From the human T2T-CHM13v2.0 reference genome, Homo sapiens, in NCBI RefSeq assembly GCF_009914755.1, contig NC_060926.1: a stretch of DNA of 64,000 nucleotides; one strand, written 5' to 3'. Under the pieces are notes generated by a model. That model made no database searches, was not told the DNA's origin, and saw nothing but the letters and a program-made list of their open reading frames with translations. Shown in pieces: positions 13,755 to 29,489 of the stretch (positions are counted from its first letter, which is position 1; each line of letters begins with the position of its first letter). Both the position numbers and the translations under genes were made by a program.

Positions 13755-13894
13755 TTATCTTTCCAGCTCCAGCCCTGAAGTTGCTACATCTCTCGTGACT
13801 CACTCCCTTACTCAGTTCTCTGGGGGGCATCAATTTTACCATTCTGAGCTCCAAGGTACTTTGGCCAGAACCCTGTTCATTAACCCACCCATTG

Positions 13895-14365
<471 letters not shown>

Positions 14366-14532
14366 GCCATGATGATAAGAGCCTACAAATTATAGCAGAA
14401 TGGGGTTGACATGAGAATACCTACCTGGGTGTTCATCTCCTTTTGGTGCAGCTTACTGGCAAAATTAAAGACAACTTCTAGCTAGGTAATGAGTCATTCA
14501 ACTTAAAATGTAACCGAAGAAAAATAATCTGA

Positions 14533-14960
<428 letters not shown>

Positions 14961-16084
14961 TAGGATTTCCTAGATCACCAGCCAAAGCCTAGGGGCTCAT
15001 TGCCTGGCTGAGGTGCGAGTTCTGGGGGCTTGGCAGATCTAGGGGTGAACTTGACTAGGACCATCCAGATCCCTAGGACTTGGTGCATGTAGTAAGTAAC
15101 CTATGGATTATATTTCAGGTTCCTCCACCAGGAGGAGGGTATGTGGAAGACTTGCCTGTTGTAACTGGCCATGCAGTTCTTATGATAAACTGGCTTTCTT
15201 ATTTTATGTAGTAATCTTGATATAGGGCTAACAAGGATTCAGCTTGGTATTACCTGATGGCTTCTGTATGAGTCCCTGCCAGTCATTGCTCCACCCAGCT
15301 GTCAGCAATAATTACCTGCTGCAGGCTGGACGGGGGCCAGGCTGGAATCCAGGATCCCCTGGGAGGGCAGTGTGTTAGCTCTTTTCCCACTAATGTGTGG
15401 ATCTGGAAATTGTCTCCGTGCCTGTGCTGAGTGTCCTAAGGGTGTGGGAGCCCGTCCCTGTCAGGGACAGCCTCCCACGTGCAGCCAGTCCGCTGGCCAG
15501 CCTTGTGCCTGGGTCTCTGCTTTCCTTTTCTTTTGGAACCTGTACCTGGCATCTCTCTCAACTCCAAGGGCCTCCCTGAGCTCTGAGTCATGCATCCTTC
15601 TGATCAAAGAAGCCTTTTTGATTTGGACACTGCGTCCCTTTTCTTCTCCAGACTAGAACCCTAGGGTATGGATGCTATGCTGCATTTTACAGAGTTTTCT
15701 CTGCCCTTTGCGATGTGGTCATTTGAAATGGGGACTCTTTCTTGAGTGGCGACAAGTCTTATCCGTCCTGGTTAATTTCCCCAGCTCTTGCCCCTGTTTT
15801 AGTCTATTTCTTCTTTCCCAGTGCTTTGTGATCAGGACATTCTAGTTAGGCCAGAAGACTGATAAAAGTGAGTTTCTAGATCTGTAAAACTGAGAACCTA
15901 AACCTGGACCAAGAAGGACTGTACTAGTGGAGTTCTCTGAGAGGCCCATCTTGAAATAGGCTTCTTCTCTTAGCCAGCATAACAAAGCTTCACAGGGAAC
16001 AGTGGCCATGTTATCTAGGCTTTTGTGGGGGCAAGTGTCTTCTCCAAGTCCTCACTGCTCAGCTGTTACCTCTGCCTCATACTG

Positions 16085-16238
16085 CTACAAGTTGCTACTT
16101 AAACCAGTAGCACTGGCATCCCTGGGAGTTTGTCAAAGATGCAGAGTCCTGGGCCCAACTTCAGACCTCCTGAATTAAGATCTGCATTTTAATATGAAGT
16201 CCAAATGATTCACATCCACCTAGAACTCTGAGGAATAC
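16085..16238. mobile_element. MER5-type hAT-Charlie
   Basis: ggcatccctgggagtttgtcaaagatgcagagtcctgggccc...tctgcattttaa. Confidence 0.6.
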
Positions 16239-16404
16239 TTACCTAAAATACTGGTGACTGCAGCACTAGCATTTGCTGCTGTGGAGTTTATTATGTACCG
16301 GCGTTAAAGAGTCTCATGTTGATTGAGTACACACTATGTGCCGGTGCCTTTTTCACTACCAAGCCACAGTGCCTGAGAATAAGATCCTTAGTTTGCATAT
16401 AGCT

Positions 16405-16520
16405 CGTTCATCCACTCATTTAACTCTAATTTCATGATCAATGTGTGCTGGCACTAGAAATGCAAAAGCGAAAAAGACATGGGCCTTGATCACAATGAGC
16501 TCATAATTTCTGTGAGGCTG
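16405..16520 (-). mobile_element. L2 3' fragment
   Basis: ttcatccactcatt...gtgctggcactagaaatgca...gagctcata. Confidence 0.45.
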
Positions 16521-16617
16521 TGATGGCAGCACAGTGCCTTGCACAGCAGGTACTGAGTGAGTGTTTCCAAGGTGGGGCAGATCCCAGCAGGTTGGTGTGG
16601 GACCCTTATCCAGCTAG

Positions 16618-17084
<467 letters not shown>

Positions 17085-17260
17085 TGAACTGAAACTGATG
17101 TTAACATGAAACAGAAAACAAACAAGCTGCATTCTTCAGCCAGCATGCTCAGTAAGTTGGCATTTTTATTTTTTCTTAAGTTGGCATTTTTTTGTTTTAT
17201 TTGTTCACTTAAGTCCAGGGGTCTGAAAACTGGCCCATGAGCCAAGTCCAGACCATTGCT

Positions 17261-17562
17261 TTATTTTATTTTATTTATTTAATTAATTAATTTAGAGATA
17301 GGGTCTATTGCCCAGGCTGGCGTGCAGTGGCGCCATCACAGCTCACTGTAGCCTTGAACGCCCGAGCTCAAGCTACCCTCTTGCCTCACCCTCCAGAATA
17401 GTTAGGATCACAGGCATGCACCTGGCTAATTTTTAAAATTTTTGTAGAGAAAGGGTTTCACTATATTGCCCAGGCTGGTCTTGAACTGCTGGGCTCAAGC
17501 AATCCTCCCACCCTGGCCTCCCAAACTGCTGGGATTATAGGTGTGAGCCACTGCGCCCAGCT
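17261..17562 (-). mobile_element. AluJ-like
   Basis: cacagctcactgtagcc, gggctcaagcaatcctccc; short TSD attgctt. Confidence 0.9.
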
Positions 17563-17719
17563 GTATTGCTTGTTTTTGTAAATAAAGTTTTATTGGAAGA
17601 TAGCCATGCTCATTTGTTACATATCATCTATGGCTGCTTTCGTGATGCAATGGCAGAGTGGCGTAGTTGCAAAAGAGCTGGAAATATTAATTATCTGGAC
17701 CTTTATAGAAAAAGTTTGT

Positions 17720-18074
<355 letters not shown>

Positions 18075-18701
18075 CTACTATCTAAAATTAAAAAAAATCT
18101 TTTAAATTACTTTTAATGTATACATATATTTAGATAGAAAAAAATCCACAATAATGTAACAAAGGCCTCTGTGATTTTTTTTATGGGGAATCTGATTTGG
18201 AGGAATTAGGGGAATGGAACACTTTTAATTTTTTCTTAATATGCTTTAATACTTTTTGGATTTTAAATGATCAGATTCTATTACTTTTATATTTAAAAAG
18301 ACTATCTTATTATATTAAGCTATTTAATTATATGAAACTATTTTTATTATATTAAAAATAACAGACTATTTTTAATTACCAAAGCTATAGAGTGTTTCTT
18401 ATAAATATTTTGGAAAATACGGAGAAGCAAAAAGTAAATTAAAACCACCCATTATTGTGCCATCCAGAAATTTAGATACTGTTACTATTTTGGTGCATAG
18501 TCTTCCTCTTTCATTTGAATGTGTTACTATTTTGGTGTCCATTCTTCTAGTCTTTTGTCTGAGTGTGTATGAGTGCATGTGTGTATATATATATACATAT
18601 TTAATGTACTCATTATCTTTTGTGAACTATTTTTTAAAATTTAATAATATAATGTGACCGTTTTTTCTGGGTTGCTAAATAGTTGCCTGTTTAACATTTT
18701 A

Positions 18702-19144
<443 letters not shown>

Positions 19145-19149
19145 TAACA

Positions 19150-19530
19150 TTTTAAATGGTTGCCGAGTATTGTATCCTATGGAGATGTATAACAATGTGT
19201 TTAACTAATTTCCTGTTGTTGGAAATTTACATTGTTTCCAGTTTTAAACTCTTATAAACAAAGTTATGATAAATATGCTTGTAGATAAATCTTTGCAGAT
19301 ATCCTTGTGACTTTTATAGAATAAGTTTGTGTACGTTGAATCGCTGGGCTACAGTGTCTGCAATCTTTTAGGTTTTTCTTCCCCTTTTTTTTGAGTTACT
19401 TGTTGATAAGTTGTGCTACTGTAAATCCTCACCGGTGGTGTCTGAAAATGCTTGCTTCCTGGAACCTTCAACTTGGTATTACCAAAATTATCAACAGCAG
19501 TATATTTGCCACTTGCACTGTTGGTTTTAT
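19150..19530 (-). mobile_element. L1M ORF2-end/3' UTR fragment
   Basis: tgttgttggaaatttacattgtttccagtttt...ataaatatgcttgtagataaatctttg. Confidence 0.6.
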
Positions 19531-19537
19531 GTTTTCT

Positions 19538-19855
19538 CTTCTTTTTATTTTTATTTTTTGGTTTGGGTGAAGTCTCACTCTGTTACTCAGGCTGGAGTGC
19601 AGTGGGACAATCATAGCTCACTACAGCCTCGATCTCCTGGGCTCAAATGATCCTCCTGCCTCAGCCTCCTGAGTAGCTGGGACTACAGGTGCATGCCAGC
19701 ATGCCCAGCTAATTTAAAAAATTATTTTTTTTTTTTGCAGAAACTGGGGTCTCACTATGTTGCCCAGGCTGGTCTTGAACTTCTGGGCTCAAACAGTCTC
19801 CTGCCTTGATCTCCCAAAGTGCTGGGATTACAGGCATGAGCCACTGCACCTGGCC
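19538..19855 (-). mobile_element. AluJ-like
   Basis: atcatagctcactacagcctcgatctcctgggctca; TSD tggtttt(a/g)tgttttct. Confidence 0.92.
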
Positions 19856-20329
19856 TGGTTTTGTGTTTTCTTAGTAAATAGGTCTCCTCTTCCGATGGGC
19901 CACTGAAGTCTCAACCTCTCACTGGAATGTTGAGCAGTAGTCTTTACCCTACATTTTCTAGGACGATTTAAGTCCTGAACTATGAATACTTGGCGGTACT
20001 AGCAATGAGGATCATTAGCCAGTTCTGGACGTTAGCCACAGTATAGGCATGTCCCTCTTCACCTGCCTCACTCAAACACAGGCGTGACGTGATGAGGCTG
20101 GTGAGGTTACATGGTCTGGCATGTAATAGGTCACACACTCCCTCCATGACAAAGGAAGGCTTTGTCACGAGGGTGGATGATCTCTTTTCTTCCATCCTTG
20201 GTTAAAATTCTTCAAAGAGTAGTATCAACTTTCGGCTTCCATTCCCAAATCCCGTAAGGTTCTGCTGAAATTGAAAACGCAGTAAGGAACTTCTAACAGC
20301 CTGATTGAGGGCCTTCCTTTTGGGTCTTA

Positions 20330-21770
20330 TTCTCCCTTACCTCTCTGTGGCTTTTGGTATTTGACTTCTTGGAAGGTGTCTTGACCACAGCCCAGGTTCA
20401 ACTGTTCATACTCAGTATCTTTTGCTAGCTCTTCTCTCCTTCAATTCCTTTTTAAAATTAATATTCCTAAGCTTCTATCCTTAGTTCTTGTCTCTTTTTC
20501 TTCATGCTTTATGCTTATAATCTTCTAAAGCTGTCATCTGCAGACGATTTACCTACTCTCCTTTGGCCACCTCAAAATCAACCTGTCCAAAACACAGCTC
20601 ATCATCTTGTTGTCTCCTTACCTCGGGACTGGCTCTTCTTCCTGGGCTTCCTTTCTCTGACCGGCATCATCGTTGACTGACGGCTCCACTTAGAAACCTC
20701 GGAGGCATTTCTTTTTCTGCTTTGTGCCTTCCCTGTCACCATCTGACCCTGCTGGTTTGCTGTGGGAATGTTTGTTTTTGAATATCTGGAATCCAGCCTT
20801 CCTCGTCCTTGGCTTAAAGTAATTGCAGAGACTTTCTCTTCCATTTTTTTGCTTACGGTTTCTCCCAGGTAAATTCTACCTTTCATGCGTCTGCCACAGC
20901 TATCTTTCTACCATATAAATGTCACTGAGTCCTTTCTCCATTAAAAAAAAAAAAACCTCTTGGTGACTCCTCATAGTTGACCAAGGCCTTTTTTTTTTTT
21001 TTTTTTTGAGATGGGATTTCACCATGTTGCCCAGGCTGGAGTGCAGTGGCTATTCACAGGCATGATCCCACTACTGATCAGCATGGGAGTTTTGACCTGC
21101 TTAGTTTCTGACCTGGCCTGGTACACTCTGCCTAGGCAACCTGGTGGTCCCCTGCTCCAGGGAGGTCACCATATTGATGACAAACCTACTGTAGATACCT
21201 GATCGGCGTGGTGCACCGTAGCCTAGAACTCCCGGGCTTGAGCAATCCTCTTGCCTCGGCCTCCTAAAGTGTTGGAATTACAGGTGTGAGCCACTGCCCA
21301 GCCACCAAGGCCTTCAGCATGTGGCTACCGCCTTCCTATTCTGGCTCCCATCCTGTATCTCCTCCTGCCACACATGGAGCCTGCACCTCAGCCAGCTCTC
21401 GTCTCTAATGAGTTTCCCTCTGGTTCCGATTGACGCTGTGTCCTCCATCCACAGTGCCCTTCTGGACTTGGAGAGATCTTCTTCTTCCTTCCCTGACCTC
21501 CTGAGACCTTCCCTGAGCCTCTGAGGCCTTTCCTCTCCTTTCCCCAGCATTACTCACTTCCTGCTCTCTGGCCTTTGGCACCTCAGTCAAATCACTGGTA
21601 AAGCAGTTAACACATTGTTATTCCAGTTAATCACATGTCTTCCCCACCTCCCCTGCTAATGATGAGTTTGCTGTGGAGAGGACCTTGCCTTACCACCTCT
21701 GCATTGCCAGGGCATAGAACAGTGCCAGGCATAGGGCTAAGTCACTCTCTAAATGTCTGTCTAATGATCT
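20330..21770 (+). mobile_element. L2 (degenerate 3' part), split by 7SL retrocopy
   Basis: cacctcaaaatcaacctgtccaaaacacagctcatcatct; ends cagggcatagaacagtgccaggcatag...taaatgtctgtctaatga. Confidence 0.7.
20991..21303 (-). pseudogene. Full-length 7SL (SRP) RNA processed pseudogene
   Basis: Minus strand has the 7SL S domain absent from Alu (CATCAATATGGTGACCTCCC..GGGGACCACCAGGTTGCCTA..GCAGGTCAAAACTCCC.TGCTGATCAGTAGTGGGATC..GCCTGTGAATAGCCACTGCAC), a poly(A) tail and an 11-bp TSD accaaggcctt (20980-90 / 21304-14). Confidence 0.95.
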
Positions 21771-22241
21771 TACTTACCAAGCTTGTTCAGTCACTGTTAT
21801 TTTAAAATGCAGTTGTTAGACTCCTAGTTTTTTTTAAATGTGACTAAAGCTGAGTTGATGTCATTATTGATGATCAACTTCCACACTGAGCTAAGTTTTT
21901 GTTTTCATTCATCACACACACATCTTATCTATAAGAGGAGATGGAGGCTTCCTTGAAATTAGTGTTCTTTTTGTAGTTCTATTACAAATTCAGAAAGAGT
22001 AGGCCTCCGGAAAATTCTGTGCTTGTTTTCATCTCTAAACAGGAAGTCCAAAGGCAAATAAAAATGAAGACAATCCCAGTTTGCAAACAGTCAAAATTTT
22101 TAGCAACTCTCTCACCAAGTACTCTGGGATTTTAGCCCAGTCCTACTAATTTAGAGGAAGGCATTTGCTCGGGCTGACCATGCCTGGTGCAATTGATGGG
22201 CCCTTAGTGCGTTGGCAGGCATACTTGCAGCTTGCAGGACT

Positions 22242-22405
22242 TCTTGAGAAGGGCACTTCACCTCTCTGAGCCTTAATGCCCTCATCTGTAAAATGGAAAC
22301 ATTGATCCTGCAATTATAGGGTAATTTTAAGGGTTAAAGGACAAAAATGCATGGGAGCCCTGCTTTGGGCCTGGCATGTAGTAACCGCTCAACAAATCAT
22401 AGCTG
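22242..22405 (+). mobile_element. MIR
   Basis: cacttcacctctctgagcctt..tgccctcatctgtaaaatgg...cctggcatgtagtaaccgctcaa. Confidence 0.8.
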
Positions 22406-22407
22406 CA

Positions 22408-22704
22408 GGCCGGGTGCGGTGGCTCACGCCTGTAATCCCAGCACTTTGGGAGGCCAAGGCTGGCGGATCACGAGGTCAGGAAATCGAGACCATCCTGGCT
22501 AACACGGGAAACCCCGTCTCTACTAAAAATACAAAAAATTAGCCGGGCGTAGTGGCGGGCGCCTGTAGTCCCAGCTACTCGCTCCTGAGGCAGAAGAATG
22601 GCGTGAACCCGGGAGGCGGAGCTTGCAGTGAGCTGAGATGGCACCACTGCACTCCAGCCTGGGCGACAGAGGGAGACTCCGTCTCAAAAAAAAAAAAAAA
22701 AAAA
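22408..22704 (+). mobile_element. AluY-like
   Basis: accatcctggctaacacg, gaatggcgtgaacccgggaggcggagcttg; TSD aaatcatagctgc. Confidence 0.96.
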
Positions 22705-23397
22705 TCATAGCTGCTGAGAGATGTTGCCCATTGCCAGCACATAGAAGTGAGCCAGGAAGTTTCTGCTACTTGCAGGCTTAACTCTTGACCAGTCCAGGAA
22801 ATACTGGTGCTTTACCCTAACACAAGAGACGTTTTAACTGAGATTACCTGAAGTTGGGCAGGTGCAAAGTGGTTAGGAAGTGCCCTCTTGCTTTACAATC
22901 CAGTGACCAGGGAAGAGGCTTTTAGTCATTTATGGATGGTTTTCAGGGCTTCTTTTAAGCCCTAAAACTGTGCCATCAATTTTATGTGAAAGTACATTTG
23001 ACCGGGCAAAGAGTCTTTGGTTTTTATCAATTTCTCAGTGGAGTCTGTGACCCTAAAAATGCTAAGAACCACTAGCCTGGAGTTTTACAGACTGAGACAT
23101 TTGAATGTAGATTTTGTATCTCATAATGAATGATGGAAACAGTGTCTTACGTTCAGAGAAGAAGTCCATTCTAGCCTGGATCCACTGCCAGCCTGCAGTG
23201 TGGCTTTGGACATCCAGATGGAAAAATGAGAGCTCCTTAGTCAAGACTAGAGTGTGAAACAATTTGGCTTTGTTATAGCTCATGTCCTTGGGACAGGCCC
23301 TGTTCTGCTGGGAACTCTTAGACCTCACCTTGAACAGGAGCTGGGCTGCCTGTAGGAGGCTGTGGCAGGCTCTGGCTCTGGGAATGATGCTTTTAGG

Positions 23398-23398
<1 letters not shown>

Positions 23399-23434
<36 letters not shown>

Positions 23435-23444
23435 CATGTGTGTG
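23399..23444. repeat. (TG)n microsatellite
   Basis: About 16 uninterrupted TG units followed by degenerate units. Confidence 0.95.
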
Positions 23445-25377
23445 AGACTGGATCTGCATGGATCCTGGGTGGCAGATGTTTGCACCAGCTACCAGGGGTG
23501 GGAGGTGCAGTGTGTAATCCAGGAACTTTATAAAAGGGGGATATCCAGTGATCCTCATGTAAATGGAAGACAAACCTTGGCCATATTAAGCTGGGGCTCT
23601 AACCACCTCCTGTTAGAGCGGGCCAGCAGGTCCAGGAGGCTCACAGCTCCCACAACAGGCCTGGAGAGGACAAAGATGACCCATCCTGAAGGACCATCTT
23701 CCTGGCATGATGTCAGGCTTGGTGGCTCGGGTGCCTTTCCTTCCATCTGGGATGAGATGCTGCAGGGGGCCTTCTCCAGCTGGCCTTGTAGGGTTGGCCA
23801 AAATACAGAAACATCTAGCTCTTGACTTCCTCTCTGAGGCTGAAGGAAGCATTGACCAGAAATCGGGTGTGTTCAGACTACCTGACTCTGCCTCATTTCA
23901 ACACCCCGGCTTTAGTGTGATAGGGTGTCGTCTAGGGGCATTCCTTGTCTGCACAGTGTTTCCAATGGAAATTTCTGTGTTCAGAACCAGGTAGATGCTT
24001 CCTTTGACAGGATCTCACTGCTTCTTGTACTTAGAGACCATTCTGCTTCTACTCTGAATTATTCAGCCTGCCCTGCAAGCGAATGGAAGTCCTTTATGTT
24101 CCTCGTTGAAGGAGAAAAAGATTATGTCATGAGATTTCAGCTCGAGTTTGTCTTCATGCATATTACATTCAGGTTTTTACAATGAGTGTTTGATTTGCAG
24201 TGGAGGAATATTTATTTCCAAATCCTCCAAATGCTTCTGAAGGCAGCCTCCACGCAGATTTTAATTGCTAAACCTACTTATTCTGACTCAGTGTCTGTTT
24301 GGTAAAATGTCTGGAGATACAAGAAAGTGGGGAGACAAGTGAGCTGGGCCCAGATGCTCCTCTATGACTAACAGAATGTCCACCCAGAGTGGGGAGATGA
24401 GCAGCCCACTGCCATGTCATAGGTGGGTGGGTTTCTCATAGCTCTTATTTAAAGCTGTGCCCTATTGTACTAAAATTACAATTTGTGAATAAGCATTGAA
24501 TTGGGATTGTTGGGCTGAGCTGACTCACCTCTGGTAACTGGGACTGGGTCTGAGGAATGTCTTCGTGTCACAGTCAACTCAGGCAAGAGGAGAAAGCAGA
24601 ATATGCCCCAGTGGGGGAACCGGCTCACGGCTTTCCTGATTGTCATTTCTGCAGGTGACCCGAGTCCCTGGGCTTTCTCTCCACTCGCTTGCTCTGTCCC
24701 TTAAGAAGGGCCAGCAGGTGGATCTCAATGAGAAATGCTTACTGGGGTTTTGGGCGTTTAGGTCATGTACCCTGCATCCCATCTTGAGGCAGCCCTTGCA
24801 GCAGGAGGTGGGGACACACAGACACTTGGAAAGTGGTTTCAGATCCAGATTTGGATGTAACCTAAAACTGTCACCATTCTAAGCAATGGCTTTTAGATCT
24901 TGGACAGAGTAGGCAATCTTTCAAAGGTGACTAGGCCACTCTGCCATGCTCTGTGATCCTGGTAGGTGGGAGTAAGCTGCCTTTTGTAAGCCGAAGCTCC
25001 TGTGCTCAGTGGCTGGTTGGGGCGGCTCTTGTGAAGTGTTGGTGTGGGGGCCTCCCTTGTGCCATCTGGGTGTTTATGTTGTAGGATGTTAATATGTCAT
25101 GGGGCTGCTTCCAAGTGGCCCTATTCAGATGTTCCAGTGACAAATGGATTCTGGAGATGAATGTGGGTGAGGGAACTACTAGTATCTTTTTCCGTTAACC
25201 AGTTTCATTTGAATTCACTATTGCATGACTTGATCAACATTTTGAAAAACAGAGAATAAAGTTCTGAGGTCACAGATTTTAGGAAGCATAATTTTCTTAG
25301 AAATGGAATAGAGAAACCTCAGAACACAGGACCCTGGCAGGAGGATTGGACAGTGGGATGACACAAAAGCTATAACC

Positions 25378-25583
25378 TAGTGATTCTCAGTGGGGGTGAC
25401 GTTATCTCTGGGAATATCTGGCAATGGCTGCAGACACTTTCGATTATCATGGCTGAGCGCTCCTGGTATCCAGTGCAGAGAGGCCAGGGATACTGCTAAA
25501 GATCCTACAAGAGCCAGGACGGCCCCCACAATAAAGAATTACCTGTCCCCAGATGTTGACAGTGCCACTCTTGAGAAACCCTG
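25378..25583 (+). mobile_element. MER20 hAT-Charlie
   Basis: agtgattctca...ggcaatggctgcagacacttt...gaggccagggatactgctaaa...ttgagaaaccctg. Confidence 0.85.
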
Positions 25584-26352
25584 TTATAAATGGGCCCCAA
25601 TGCACCGCAATTACATGTACACATTCTCTTCCTCCTATGAACTGTCTTTTGTATTTTGCATGTAATGCTTACCAAACATTATGGGAGCATCATCTGCATG
25701 CCAGGTGCAGTACTGTGGGTAAGCGGGAGGTTAAAAAATGACTGAGACCAGTGAGGAAGACGCGCGTCTACACAGCTCTCTCATCTAGTGCATTTAGATT
25801 CATGTCTCCCCTTTCCTAGGCGGAAAGCCCCCAGGTAGAAAGTGTGTCCTTTAGACTCTCACAGCATCAGCCGCGATGCCTAATGGTAGCCTTTGTTCTC
25901 AGCAAATGCCTGTCATACATTCAGGAGTGGGGTCGGAAACAAGGCAAACTTCCCTGTAGGACCTGTACTATGGTTCAGTACGGGAGAGTTCATGTGGTCC
26001 TTGTGCTGTTTCTGTTCCTCTTCTCATCCGGGTAGCCTCCCACTCCATAGGACAGACATTTCAGTAGCTGAGATGGACTCAAAGGTGACTAAGAGAGGCT
26101 GGAGCTCATCCTCTTGCACAGTAGTGATTATTCATGGCTGACCAGGAGATTTCTGAAGAAAAGCCTCCACATCTGGCCTCAGGAAGCCCTGCTCAGGAGG
26201 GCAATTCTTGCTTGAGGGTGTCCTGGCAAGGGAGCTTTGGAGCAGGAAAATCATCTGGTCATCAGAGTTCAATCATTCTTACCACCCTTGATGGCACTTT
26301 GAACCACACCAGCTCAGTGGACTGTGAAGGTTTGTTTCATAGAAGAATTTGG

Positions 26353-26646
<294 letters not shown>

Positions 26647-27557
26647 GGAAATTTGGGCTGGAGGGTGATGGAAAAGCCAGAAGGTACGAACTCTACTCAA
26701 GGCATAAAATTTGAAGGCTGCCTGGGCCTGCCCTAACTCCACCCCAGCCCATTTATGGATATGTCCCCATTTCTGCTTCATTGGAACAAGAATGCCAGGA
26801 CAGTTTCTTTGCTGATGGGCTTCTAGCATAATATATCTCTTTACTATCACAGATTTATATTCCTCATAGTCTACACCAAAGAGCCCAGGGTGGAGTGGAA
26901 GATGCTGCAGAGTTATTGCAAGGGGGTCTGTGACCCGTGCAACAAGCCCTGCCTGTAGAGCAAATATATCTTGCCTTACGCATGTATGTTCTACTATTTT
27001 TCAAATGCATATTTCACACTTCTATGTTCTACTGTTTTTCAAATATATATAAATACTACTGTGATTACAATAAAGGGATTGATTACAAAGTGTGGAATTC
27101 AGAGTGAATTGTCATTCCTCTGCTACTCTTGCCTCAAACCACAACCAATGTCAAATCAGTCGCCTAGCTTGCTTCCGATTTCTTCCTACTTCCACCTCTT
27201 CAGTCAAGAACCAGGCCTTGTCAGTTACTCCTTCACAGTCTCACATATGTGTCCTTTCTTCAGCCTTTGTCACCCAACGCTAGCCCTTATCACTCCTCCA
27301 CTCACGGGGACCAGGGCTGCCCACGTGGTCCCGAGGCCTGAATCCAGAGCGTCCCTCCCACTGCCACCAAGTACATCTTCCTACTGGCCCACACAAGTCC
27401 TTGGTGTCAAAATATTTAGGGCTTCCAGTCTCCTTAACCTGATATCCCACCTGCTTTACAGTGTGGCATGAAGAACTATCTCTTGAACACAAAACAAGTC
27501 ACCTTATCATTTACATTGTCTAATATTTAAAAAACAACTTTTAAAAACCAGTTTTGT

Positions 27558-27849
27558 GGCCAGGCATGGTGGCTCACGCCTGTAATCCCAGCACTTTGGG
27601 AGGCCGAGGCGCGTCATGAGGTCAGGAGTTTGAGACCAGCCTGGCCAACACATCGAAACCGCGTTTCTTCTAAAAATACAAAAATTAGCTGGGCATGGTG
27701 GTGGATGCCTGTAATCCCAGCTGCTAGGGAGGCTGAGGCAGGAGAATTGCTTGAACCCAGGAGGCAGATGTTGCAGTTAGCCAAGATTGCACCACTGAAC
27801 TCCAGCTCCGGCAGCAGAGTGAGACTCTGTCTCAAAAAAAAAAAAAAAA
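27558..27849 (+). mobile_element. AluS (Sg-like)
   Basis: Full dimer; TSD aaaaa(c/t)cagttttgt. Confidence 0.94.
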
Positions 27850-27878
27850 TCAGTTTTGTGTTCCATTAAAATACATTA

Positions 27879-28482
<604 letters not shown>

Positions 28483-28512
28483 TCTCTCTTTTTTTTTAAA
28501 GAACAGGTGTTC

Positions 28513-28844
<332 letters not shown>

Positions 28845-29489
28845 TCACCTCTTATTCCCTTGAAATAAGTTGTTGAAAAATCCTGTTGTTCTACACAGCC
28901 CTGCTCACCAAACAGTGTGAGAGCTGTGGGCTTGGTTTACCGCCCGCAGGTTCTGATCCCACGTCTTCTTTGCCCTGGTTGGAGAAGGGATGTGAGGAGC
29001 GGAGAAGCCGTGGCCCAAACAGGACCTGCTGGCTCCCTCTTGTGGAGAATAGGGAGAAAACATGCGGGAAGAAAAGGGGCTCTGTATATCGGCGAATACT
29101 ATTTTACTGAAACAACCCCGGGAAATGTGATCTGAAAAATATGGTCTGAGACAGAGTTGTATTTTGCTGTGTATTGCAAAAGGGATTGGAAGTCACTGGG
29201 TGGGGGAGTATAAATTGAATAACTAGAATACGCAGAAGATTAAAAAAATTTTAGCCCATCATTTTGTTGTTGGCCCAGAGTAAACCTCTCTCCCAGGGCA
29301 ATTCATAAGGAACAAACTGGCTTGGGGATCTCTTTTCCCCCCTCTTTCCCTTCTCGTGGTGGGAGGAGGAACAGAATTACCCAAAGGGGTGCCGCGGCTG
29401 AGGTGTATGTTCCTGGCAGGGATAAGGCACGGGCGCCTTGGCTCACCCAACAGTCCGGGCAGGCCTCCAGGGTCCTGCGTGTGGACACC

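Noticed and set aside
29205-29245. Faint resemblance to U6 snRNA (aaattg...agaagatta)
   Set aside because: Too short and gapped; no U6 5' end, tail or TSD.
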